32,000 bases of DNA from assembly GCF_018389705.1 (NCBI RefSeq), contig NZ_CP065581.1:150001-182000 (forward strand), read 5' to 3'. Made by a program: the position numbers and the translations under genes. Shown piece by piece: positions 20,273 to 30,393 of the stretch. The notes under the pieces were generated by a model that was given only the letters and a program-made list of their open reading frames with translations, was not told the origin of the DNA and did no database searches. The stretch is from Mycoplasma mycoides subsp. capri (GTDB taxonomy: Bacteria; Bacillota_I; Bacilli_A; Mycoplasmatales; Mycoplasmataceae). Position 1 is the stretch's first letter. Each line of letters opens with the position of its first letter.

Positions 20273-22540
20273 TTATTTTGTTGTTTTAGTTTTAGAACTA
20301 GTTGATTTAGCTTTAGTTGTTTTTGGTTTAGAAGATGTTGATTTAGTTTTAGAACTAGTTGACTTAGTTGATTTTGAACTTGATTTAGAAGTAGATTTTG
20401 TAGATTTTGAAGCTGATGATTTAGCTTTAGTTGATTTTGCTCTAGTTGCTTTTGGTTTTTCAACTTTCATTTCATCAGCTACTTTTTCTTCAACTTTCAT
20501 TTCACTTACAGGTTGTTCTTCAACTTTATTTGGTTCTTCACACATGCAATCTTTTTCACAACCACAAGCTTCATCTTTTTTATCACAAGCTTGATCTGAT
20601 TCACAAGTCATACCCATGTTTTCTGATTTCATTTCTTCAGATTTCATTTCTAAATGACCCATCATTTTTTCTTGTCTTTGTTGTTCCAAAAGTTTTTGCA
20701 TTCTTGGTTTAATAGCTTCTTGTTCTCCACCATAAACAATTTGAATGTTATTTCCTTTTACTAAAGCTCCAGTTGTTCCACCTAAAGATTTAATTCCATC
20801 AATATCAGCTTTTTTAGCATCAACAACAGTTAATCTTAATCTTGAAGCACAAGAATCAACATCAACAATGTTTTCTTCTCCACCTAGATATTCAATAATA
20901 GCTGCAGCTTTTGCTAATCTAGCTTGTTCTTTATCATCTGTTGATGAACTCATTTTTGAACCATCAACATTTAATCCTTTAGAAGCTTTGAAATCTGCTT
21001 TAGTGTATAATTTAGCTTCAGCATTTCCATCTCTACCTGGTGTTTTAACATTAAATAATTTGATTAAGAAGTAGAATGCACAGAAGTAAATTGGTGCTAA
21101 TACAACAGCAACTCCTAATACTCCAAATGCTGATGTAGCACTCATAGCTTTTGAACCAAAGTATGGAATTACTGCAAAGATAATATAATCAATAAATCCA
21201 CCACTAACTGTTTGAGTAACATGAGTTTGTAATGCTCCAGTTGCTCAGAAAGCAAGTGAAGCTAATGGCATATGAACACCATAGAATAATCATGGAGCAA
21301 CAAATAAGAATGTATATTCAATAGGTTCTGTAATACCTGTTAAGAAACAAGTAAACGCAGCTGAGAAATAAATCCCAAATACTTGTTTTCTATTTTCTTT
21401 TGGTGCTGCTAGTCACATAGCTAATGCTGCAGCAGGTAAACCTAATAACATAAATCCGAATTTACCAGATTGGAATCTACCAATATTTAGTCCTAGGTTT
21501 TGTGCATCAATAAAGTTTAATGTTTTTAAGTTAGCTAGGATTTGTTGAGCCATAAATTGGTCACCTTGTGCACTATATAAAGAATCAACGGCTTTAATAG
21601 CATTGTAAATTTCACTAAATGATGAGTGTGAAGTGCCGTGGATAGCATTGTATGATTCTTTAAATGCATTTTGTGCTTGTTCACCAGCACTATTCATTTT
21701 ATCTAATGCGTCAGCGATTGACCCTCCAGCACTAGTTCATCATAATGGAGCATAAAACACGTGGTGTAGTCCAAATGGAACTAATGAACGCTCAACAACT
21801 TCAAACATTAATGAATCTGTTCCATAAGGTAAAGTTCCTGAATTTTCACCAATTCATGAAAATCCAATACCAATAACTGGTCATGCCATTGCAAAAATTA
21901 AAGCTAAAGGAGCAACCACAGCAAAAGAAACAATAGGTACAAATTTAGTACCACTAAAGAAACTAATTGCTGAAGGTAGTTGAACAGCATGGAACTTGTT
22001 ATATATTTTTGCTGATATTGCACCAACAAATATACCAGCAAGAACCCCTGTATTTAATGATCTAATTCCTAAGTTATTTGTAATTAATTTTTCAGGAACT
22101 GATCAATTACCATAATATCATAGTAAATGAATGTGAGTTACAGTTTCTTTTTTACCATTAACCATTACTTCAGTAGTAACATCGTGAAGTAATGCTGATT
22201 GAATTCCATTTAATACTAAAAATCCAACCAAAGCAGTAATTGCTGCAACTCCTGAATCTTTAGTATATGCTAAAGCTACAGAAATACAGAATAATACAGG
22301 TAAGTTAGCAAAACAAACATCCCCCATTGTTTTCATAACACTACCAACATATCAAAAACCTGATGTATTTGACACATTAGCAGTGATTGTAGCTCCAACT
22401 CCTAAAAACACACCAGCAATCGGTAATAAAGCAATAGGTAATAAGAATGCTTTACTTAGTTTAGATAAAGTAGGCATAATATTAGCACCAAATGCCTTTA
22501 ATTTATCTTTAAAACTACTCTTGTTTGTCTGTGTTAACAT
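20273..22540 (-). CDS. ptsG: PTS glucose-family EIICB component with a long atypical C-terminal extension (755 aa)
   Basis: Track fragments 22352-22540, 22118-22336, 21413-21697 and 20273-21145 are all in one frame. I walked all three gaps and found only TGA. It has EIIC motifs ([15 protein letters not shown]) and the EIIB active-site motif [10 protein letters not shown] (Cys at 20849-20851). About 140 extra residues follow the EIIB domain. Confidence 0.9.
20276..20455 (-). repeat. Imperfect short tandem repeats encoding the K/S/T-rich tail of PtsG
   Basis: It encodes [60 protein letters not shown]. The + strand shows reiterated ttagttttaga / agttgatttag units. Confidence 0.85.
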
Positions 22541-22590
22541 GAGTATGTTAAATCCTTTCTATAAAAAAGATGTTAATTAGTTTTGTGTTA

Positions 22591-22842
22591 TTATTTTGTT
22601 ATTAGTGTTATAATTGCTGTTATTATAAATAAAAATCCAATAGTTAATACTAGTAAGTAAAAGTTTTTTTTAACAAATTCTCAAGCATTTTTTGATTCTC
22701 TGTTTTGGTTTTCAAAACCATAGCGGTTTTTGTTTTTTTGTTTTCAAAATAAAAACAAACCTAATAAGATAAATAAAATCCCAAATCCTAAAACCCCTAA
22801 ATTAACTATTAATTCAGTTTTAACTACTAACATTAATAACAT
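22591..22842 (-). CDS. Small two-TM membrane protein (83 aa), hypothetical
   Basis: ATG at 22842 lies 13 nt after AAGAGGTG. It encodes MLLMLVVKTELIVNLGVLGFGILFILLGLFLFWKQKNKNRYGFENQNRESKNAWEFVKKNFYLLVLTIGFLFIITAIITLITK with two TGA=Trp. The frame was walked and has no TAA/TAG. It lies 50 nt upstream of ptsG on the same strand and is missing from the ORF track. Confidence 0.5.
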
Positions 22843-22877
22843 AAAAATATTTGTACACCTCTTTATAATAGTATATT

Positions 22878-22947
22878 AAAAAAAAGAAGTTTAATTTGCA
22901 TAAATTAAAATTTTGGAATTTAATGCAATTATTGACTTCTTTTTTTA
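22878..22947 (-). terminator. Long imperfect hairpin / terminator downstream of the 161-aa gene
   Basis: The outer stem pairs aaaaaagaagt (22880-22890) with acttctttttt (22935-22945), with inner ttgcat/atgcaa pairing. It is flanked by an A-run and a T-run, so it could act in both directions. Confidence 0.5.
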
Positions 22948-22961
22948 TTTCACTTAGTATA

Positions 22962-23447
22962 TTAGGGACTTATTAAAGAATTTCATTCTATTAAAAGCTT
23001 ATCTAATTCATCAGAATTTTCAACTTTTTCTATAATAATAAATACTAAATCTTTAGTAGTTAAATTGTATTGTTTTAAATAATTAATTATGTTTTTATAA
23101 TCATTTATATTAGATTTAAATTTACTAATATCATTTTTTAAATCTGTTATTTTTAATAAAGTAATTAAAGGTTTGTTTTTATTATAATCAGAATCTTTTA
23201 AAGTTATACCTATTAAAAAATAACCTTGTTGATCTATATTATCAATTTGAGTTCAATTATAAGCTTGACGTGTTGATAAAAGATTTAAAACTTTTTTATA
23301 ATTGTTTTTATTTTTTAAGTTTTTATTATATTTAAAAGCAGTACTTGCTCCATATAATGAAATGATTAAACCAAAAAAACCTAAAACTAAAATTAAATAA
23401 ACAGCTCATGTTGGTATATGACTAGTTTGTTGAGTAAATATAATCAT
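22962..23447 (-). CDS. Hypothetical membrane-anchored protein (161 aa), translationally coupled to smpB
   Basis: Its ATG (23447-23445) overlaps the smpB stop as TAATG. It encodes [35 protein letters not shown]..., one N-terminal TM segment followed by a K/N/D-rich soluble part ending ...LIEWNSLISP. I walked the frame and found four TGA codons and no TAA/TAG. It is missing from the ORF track. Confidence 0.6.
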
Positions 23448-23893
23448 TATTTATAATCTTTTAATTCTTTTCTTTCTGTATCTCTTTTTTTAATAGTTTG
23501 TCTTTTATCATGAAGTTTTTTACCTTTAGCCAAAGCGATTTCTAATTTAACATAATCATTTTTAAAATATAGTTTAACAGGAATAATTGTTAGATTTTCT
23601 TGTTTTATTTTATTTAATATTTTAATTATTTCTTTTTTATGTAATAACAATTTTCTAGTTCTAGTTTCTTCTAAACCTTTAATATAATTAGCAAACTGGT
23701 ATTTTTTAACATTCATATTTAAAATATAAATCTCTTTTTTTCTAATTAAAACAAAAGCTTCATTAATAGAAACATCATGATTTCTAATTGATTTAATTTC
23801 TGGACCATTTAAAACAATTCCTGCTTGATAAGTTTGAATGATTTCATAATTAAAATAAGCTTTTTTATTTTTAACAATTAAATGTTCAGACAT
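23447..23893 (-). CDS. smpB: SsrA-binding protein
   Basis: 148 aa. [10 protein letters not shown]...[13 protein letters not shown]...[10 protein letters not shown]...[10 protein letters not shown] is typical of SmpB. Confidence 0.93.
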   Translation of the reverse strand: MSEHLIVKNKKAYFNYEIIQTYQAGIVLNGPEIKSIRNHDVSINEAFVLIRKKEIYILNMNVKKYQFANYIKGLEETRTRKLLLHKKEIIKILNKIKQENLTIIPVKLYFKNDYVKLEIALAKGKKLHDKRQTIKKRDTERKELKDYK

Positions 23894-23902
23894 AAAAACC
23901 TC

Positions 23903-26017
23903 TTATTCTATTAAAACAAAATCAATTGTTCTTTTTTTAATATCAACATTAATTAGTTTAACTTTGACTTTTTGACCCATTCTATAATAAGTATTATCAG
24001 GTTTAATTAAAATACGGTTAGTTTCATCATAAACTAAATCACTATTCATATTTGAAATATGAACTAATCCTTCAACTAAATTATCTAATTGAATAAAAAT
24101 TCCAAATTTTAAAACTGCTGAAATTGTTGCTGTATAAGTATTATTAACTTTATTTAACATATATTCACACATACACGCTTTAATAACTTCTCTTTCACAT
24201 TCAACACTTTTAGTTTCAGTATCATTAATAATATTACTTACTTTATTAACATAATTTGTATTATTTTCTAAACTAGTTTTTTCTAGATCTTTTGTAATTA
24301 GATATTGTTTTAGATATCTATGAACTAATAAATCTGGATATCTTCTAATTGGAGAAGTAAAATGAGTATAACAATCACTAGCTAAACCAAAATGACCAAT
24401 ATTTTCTAATCCATATTTAGCTTTATCCATATATCTTAATAAAGAAATATTTAATAATTCAACTTCAGTTTCATCTTTAATTTGTTCTTTAATTTGACTT
24501 AAAGTGTGATTAATAAATATTGGATCTAAAACTTGTTTATTAGTTAATTTAGGATTAATTCCAAATGTTTTTAGTGATTTATATCAATTAATTAGTTCAT
24601 CTTCATCTGGTTTATTATGATTTCTATATAAAAATGGTAAATCTTTTTGATAGATTAATTCAGCTACTGCTTCATTACAACTTACCATAAATTGTTCAAT
24701 TAATTTTTCAGCTTGATCAGCTGTTTTTGTTTTAATATCAATTACATTTAAATTTTTATCTAAAATAATTTTTGGTTCTCTAACATCAAAACTAATAGTT
24801 CCTTTTTTAGCTTTTAGATCTTCTAGTTTTTTATACAACTCATATGCTATGTCTAACATTTTTTTAGTTTGATCATCATGAGTTCAAGTTTTAGTTTTAA
24901 AGTAATTATTTACTTCATCATAATTTAATCTAGCTTTAGAAATAATCACTGATTCATAAACTTTTTTATTTAACATGTTTGCGTTATTATCAAATTCCAT
25001 TTCACATACAAAAACTAATTTTTTAGTATTTGGATTTAATGAACACAAATCATCAGATAAAATGTTTGGTAGCATTGGAATTACTTTATTTGCTAAATAA
25101 GTTGAATTACCTCTTAACAAAGCTTCTTTATCTAAAGCGGTTTTATATCTAACAAAATAAGAAACATCAGCAATAGCAACAAATAGTTTATAATTATTGT
25201 TTTCTAATTTTTCAACACAAATTGCATCATCTAAATCTTTTGAATCAATTCCATCAATTGTAACGATCGTTTTATTAATTAAAGAATTATTTTGTCTTTT
25301 TAAAAATTCTTTTTCTAGTTTATCAGTTGCTAAATTAATTTGTTTTGCATTATCTAGAGTTTGTTTATCAAAACTAGTTTTTATGTCAAATTCTTCAGCT
25401 ATTGCTAAAATACGATCGCTTGCTTTTTTACTATTACCAATAATTTTTATAAGTCTTATAAAAATTTTACGTTCTTTACAACTTATAATTTTTGCTTTAA
25501 TAATATTAAATTCTTCATATTTAAATTCATTTTTATTAACAATTACAAATCTAAAACTATCAAATGACTTATCGTTTGGAATGAAATCTAAAAATCTTTT
25601 ATCAAAACTTCTATTTATTTCACCAATTAAATAAACTTTATTTCTTTTAATTAGATCAATAACTATAGCTTTTAATCTATTATCTTCTTCTTGTTTTAAA
25701 ATATAAACTACTTCATCTTGATGAATACTATTATTTAAATCAACTCCAGCAACAAAATGATCTTCTGTAGTTAAATCATTAACATCATTTATAAAACCAA
25801 AACCTTTTGGATTTAATTTAATAGTTCCCTTTTTATAAATTTCATCTAATAAATAAATATTATTTTCTAATGAAATAGCAATGTTATTATTTTTTTCTAA
25901 TTGGTCTAAGTAGTTTTTAACTAATGAATAATCTAGAGCTTTAAAATAAGTTAAAAGTTTATTTAAACTAATTTTATGATGGTTCTTTTTTAAAATTTCA
26001 ATAATTTTAGATTCCAT
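23903..26017 (-). CDS. rnr: Ribonuclease R (RNase II/R family, VacB)
   Basis: Three track fragments share one frame. I walked gaps 24431-24583 and 24860-24883 and found TGA only. It has the RNB catalytic region (DGIDSKDLDDAI..., HFGLAS..YTHFTSPIRRYPDL) and a C-terminal S1 domain. The product is 704 aa. Confidence 0.93.
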
Positions 26018-26033
26018 ACTACTCCTTTTTAAA

Positions 26034-26068
26034 TAAAAAAATAAACACTAGTTTATAACATAGTGTTT
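26034..26068 (-). terminator. Hairpin with U-run between secG and rnr (terminator/attenuator candidate)
   Basis: aaacacta (26043-26050) pairs with tagtgttt (26061-26068). On the - strand it is followed by AUUUUUUU. The stem overlaps the secG stop codon at 26053-26055. Confidence 0.45.
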
Positions 26069-26337
26069 GTAATGATGCTTATTGTTAAAGCTATTATAAA
26101 AAATATAATTCCTAAAACCAGCATTCAAATAGAAAGAGTTTTGTCTAACCCACGTTCTTTTGAATTAGAAAACAATTCTTCGTTTCCACCATTTAAAGCA
26201 CTTAGTCCAGTTTGAGATTGTTTATTTTGTAATAAACCTATAGCGATCATTATAAAAGCAATAATAAAAATAAAGATTTCAAATCCTAAAATTAATTGTT
26301 GAGCTAATTTAGTTGTTGAAGCTAATAGATTTATCAT
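26053..26337 (-). CDS. secG: Preprotein translocase subunit SecG
   Basis: ATG at 26337 follows GGAGGTTTTT. It encodes MINLLASTTKLAQQLILGFEIFIFIIAFIMIAIGLLQNKQSQTGLSALNGGNEELF... and continues through TGA (26125-26127) into a second TM segment (WMLVLGIYFFIIALTISIITNTML) before TAA. The product is 94 aa. Confidence 0.85.
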
Positions 26338-26588
26338 AAAAACCTCCAAAATGTTACTATATAATAATATCTTAAAATAAGTGAAATTTAAACATTTACT
26401 CTTAATACGTTATATAAAATTATATACTTTTTTAATGTGTTATTACTTTCTAGAAATTGATTTTTCCTATTTTTAAATATCACAAAAAAAATAAAAATCT
26501 AGTTAAATATACTCAATTTTTACTATTAAAATACTATTACAAGTCATGAAATTCTTTTTAAGTGGTTAAATCTTAACTTTATCAAATT

Positions 26589-26599
26589 TATAATATAAT
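26589..26599 (+). promoter_or_regulatory. Candidate -10 region (tandem TATAAT) for the nrdFIE operon
   Basis: tataatataat at 26589-26599 lies 37-47 nt upstream of the nrdF ATG. Motif-only call. Confidence 0.35.
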
Positions 26600-26635
26600 G
26601 AGTTTACATGACAAAAAAAGAAAGGATAAATTACT

Positions 26636-27655
26636 ATGGCAAAAGAACAAAAATATTATCATGAATCAGTTTCACCAATCGAATTTGTTAAAAATAATTT
26701 TAAAGGAAATTTAAGATCAGTTAATTGAAATGTTATTAATGATGAAAAAGATCTAGAAGTTTGAAATAGAATTACTCAAAACTTTTGATTACCAGAAAAA
26801 ATTCCAGTATCAAATGATTTATCATCATGAAGAAGTTTATCTAGTGAATGACAACAATTAGTAACTAGAACTTTTACTGGTTTAACTTTATTAGATACAG
26901 TTCAAGCAACTGTTGGAGATGTTGCTCAAATTGAACACTCATTAACTGATCATGAACAAGTAATTTATTCTAATTTTGCTTTTATGGTTGGTGTTCATGC
27001 GCGTTCTTATGGAACTATTTTTTCAACATTATGTTCAAGTGAACAAATTGAAGAAGCTCATGAGTGAGTTGTTAAAACTGAAACTTTACAAAAAAGAGCA
27101 AAAGCTTTAATTCCATACTATACAGGAACTGACCCATTAAAATCTAAAGTTGCAGCCGCTTTAATGCCTGGATTTTTATTATATGGGGGATTTTACTTGC
27201 CATTTTATTTATCTGCTAGAGGTAAATTACCAAATACTTCAGATATCATAAGACTAATTTTAAGAGATAAAGTAATTCATAATTATTATAGTGGTTATAA
27301 ATATCAAAAAAAGGTTGCTAAATTACCAGTTGAAAAACAAGCTGAAATGAAAGAGTTTGTTTTTAAATTATTATATGAATTAATTGATTTAGAAACTGCC
27401 TATTTAAAAGAATTATATGCTGGATTTGATATTGTTGATGATGCTATTAGATTTAGTGTTTATAATGCTGGTAAGTTTTTACAAAACCTAGGATATGATT
27501 CACCATTTAGTGAAGAAGAAACTAGAATTGAACCAGAAATTTTTAACCAATTATCTGCAAGAGCTGATGAAAATCACGATTTCTTTTCTGGAAATGGTTC
27601 TTCATATGTGATGGGAGTTTCAGTTGAAACAGAAGACGAAGACTGAGAATTTTAG
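26636..27655 (+). CDS. nrdF: Class Ib ribonucleotide reductase beta subunit
   Basis: ATG at 26636 follows GAAAGGA. It is in frame with track ORF 27164-27646 through multiple TGA=Trp ([28 protein letters not shown]). The iron/manganese ligand regions and the C-terminal ...EDEDWEF tail are present. The product is 339 aa. Confidence 0.93.
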
Positions 27656-27663
27656 GAGTTATT

Positions 27664-28137
27664 ATGCACTCAAATGTTAAAAAAGTTACAGATAAAGATG
27701 TAATTAAACCAGTTGGTATACCTTTTGTAGTTTATTTTTCTTCAATTTCAAATAACACTCATAGATTTATTCAAAAACTAGAAATTGAAAATATTAGAAT
27801 TCCTTATGAATTAGATCAATCAATCAGTGTTGATCGTGATTATGTTTTAGTTACTCCAACTTATAGTGGTGGGGGAGAATATGTTGAAGGTGCTGTACCA
27901 AAACAAGTAATTAAATTTTTAAATAATAAAGAAAATAGAAGTTTTTGTAGAGGTGTTATTTCATCTGGTAACACTAATTTTGGTGATACTTTTGGAATTG
28001 CTGGACCAATTATTTCTAAAAAATTAAATGTTCCTTTTTTATACCAATTTGAATTATTAGGAACTCAACATGATGTTAGTCAAATAAAACAAATACTATT
28101 AAAGTTTTGAGAGGATGGTAATAATGAAAGAAAATAA
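27664..28137 (+). CDS. nrdI: Flavodoxin-like NrdI
   Basis: [20 protein letters not shown]...[10 protein letters not shown]...[11 protein letters not shown] matches the NrdI pattern. It continues past TGA (28108) to TAA at 28135 and overlaps the nrdE start. The product is 157 aa. Confidence 0.9.
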
Positions 28138-30286
28138 AAACACAATCGTTTTAGATGATGTTGATGATGAATATATTAAATTAAATGCTAGATCTAAGAT
28201 TTTTTCAAAAGATCAAGATAATTTTCAATTAGATGTTAAAGCAGCTGAATTGTATTTAAAAAACTATATTGAACCTAGAATGAAAAAGTTTTCTAGTTTA
28301 AAAGAAAGATTAGATTATTTATTAGAAAATCAATATTATGATTCAGAAATCTTAAATAAATATAGTTTTGATCAAATTAATCAATTAAATGATTATGCTT
28401 ATTCATTTAACCATCATTTTCCAAGCTTTATGGGAGCTTTAAAATTCTTTAATGCTTATGGATTAAAAACTTTTGATACTACAATGTATTTAGAAACTTA
28501 TACAGATAGAGTATTAATGAATGCTCTATTTTTAGGTAATGGTAATTTTACTAAAGCAAAAAACTTATTAAAAGATATGATGTTAGGTAGATTTCAACCA
28601 GCAACTCCTACTTTTTTAAATGCAGCTAAAAAACATAGAGGAGAGTATGTTTCATGTTATTTACTAAGAACAGAAGATAACATGGAATCAATTTGTAGAA
28701 CAATTTCAACTTCATTACAACTTTCAAAAAGAGGTGGGGGAGTTGCGATTTGTTTAACAAATTTAAGAGAAACAGGTTCTCCTATTAAAAATATTTCAGG
28801 TCTAAGTTCAGGACCAATTCCAGTAATGAAGATTTTAGAAGATTCATTTACTTATGCTGATCAATTAGGTCAACGTCAAGGAGCTGGAGCTGTTTATATT
28901 TCAGCTCATCATCCAGATATTATTTCAGTTTTAGATACTAAAAGAGAAAATGCTGATGAAAAGATTAGAATTAAATCTTTATCATTAGGATTAGTAATTC
29001 CAGATATCACTTTTGAATTAGCTAGAGATAATAAAGATATGGCTTTATTTAGTCCTTATGATGTTCAAAAAGTATATGGTAAGCCATTATCAGATATTTC
29101 AATTACTGAAAAATATTATGAAATGTTAGAAAATCCTAATATTAAAAAAACATATATTAGTGCTAGAAAATTTTTTTTAACTGTTGCTGAATTACATTTT
29201 GAAAGTGGATATCCATATATTTTATTTGAAGATACTGTTAATAGAAGAAATGCTCATGATAAAAAAGGAAGAATTATCATGAGTAATTTATGTAGTGAAA
29301 TTGTTCAGGTAAGTACAGCAAGCGAATATAGTTCTGATTTATCATTTGTAAAAACTGGAGAAGATATTTGTTGTAATTTAGGTAGTTTAAATATTGATAA
29401 GATGATGAAATCTGGAAAAGAATTTTCAGATTCTATTTATAATGCAATTTCTGCTTTAGATATTGTTTCAAGAAATTCAGATTTAAGTGCTGCTCCTTCA
29501 ATTCAAAAAGGAAATGCACAAAATCATGCTGTTGGATTAGGAGCTATGAATTTACATGGATTTTTAGCAACTAATAAAATTATGTATGACTCACCTGAAG
29601 CTGTTGATTTTACTAATATGTTCTTTTATACAGTTGCTTATAATGCTTTTAAAGCTTCAAATAAATTAGCTCAAGAATTTGAAAAATTTGCTTCATTTGA
29701 TGAATCAAGATTTGCTGATGGTTCTTGATTTGATAAATATACTAAATGTGAATTTGATAAATGAACACCACAAACAAATAGAGTAAAAGAATTATTTAAA
29801 GATTATGATGTTCAAATTCCAAGTCAAACTGATTGAATAAAATTAGTTGAAGAAATTAAAAAAACAGGTTTAGCAAACTCACATTTAATGGCAGTTGCTC
29901 CAACTGGATCAATTAGTTATTTATCATCATGTACTCCTTCACTACAACCAGTAGTTTCAACTGTTGAAGTTAGAAAAGAAGGAAAATTAGGAAGAGTTTA
30001 TGTTCCAGCATATCAAATTAATTTTGATAATATGGGATATTATGCAATGGGCGCTTATGAATTAGGACCAGATCCAATTATTAATATTGTAGCAGCAGCT
30101 CAACAGCATGTTGATCAAGCAATTTCACTAACTTTATTTATGACTGATAAGGCAACAACTAGAGATTTAAACAAAGCATATGTTAATGCTTTTAAACAAG
30201 GTTGTTCTTCAATTTATTATGTAAGAATCCGTCAAGATGTTTTAGAAAATAGTGAAAACTATGAATGTGATGCATGTAAAATTTAA
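28124..30286 (+). CDS. nrdE: Class Ib ribonucleotide reductase alpha subunit
   Basis: ATG at 28124 lies 8 nt after GAGGA (alternative ATG at 28115). Fragments 28115-29728 and 29888-30286 share one frame, joined through four TGA codons. It has the catalytic region NLCSEI and C-terminal Cys residues (YECDACKI). The product is about 720 aa. Confidence 0.95.
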
Positions 30287-30306
30287 AAGCTTAAATTCAA
30301 CAATTT

Positions 30307-30341
30307 ACCTTGCTTTTTTTAAAAAATGCAAGGTTTTTTTG
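30307..30341 (+). terminator. Rho-independent terminator after nrdE
   Basis: accttgc (30307-30313) pairs with gcaaggt (30328-30334), followed by T7. Confidence 0.8.
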
Positions 30342-30393
30342 AAAAAAATGTAATATTTTTAATTATTTTTCTAATACTAATATGAGGTGAATT

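Noticed and set aside
20250-21074. Plus-strand ORFs 20250-20594, 20446-20712 and 20745-21074, and the minus-strand alternate-frame ORF 20263-20463.
   Set aside because: All overlap the verified 755-aa ptsG frame. Their translations (VDL/LEL repeats, L/Q/N repeats) are alternate readings of the K/S/T repeat DNA.
25197-25634. A 145-aa plus-strand ORF inside rnr.
   Set aside because: It is antisense to the RNase R frame and gives an S/L/F/I-rich artefact.
26350-26635. NrdR boxes or another operator upstream of nrdFIE, including the AT-only inverted repeat tatataa-aa-ttatata at 26411-26426.
   Set aside because: There is no pair of acaC.A.ATaT.G.gt-like 16-bp boxes. The only palindrome is pure A/T, which is expected by chance at this base composition.
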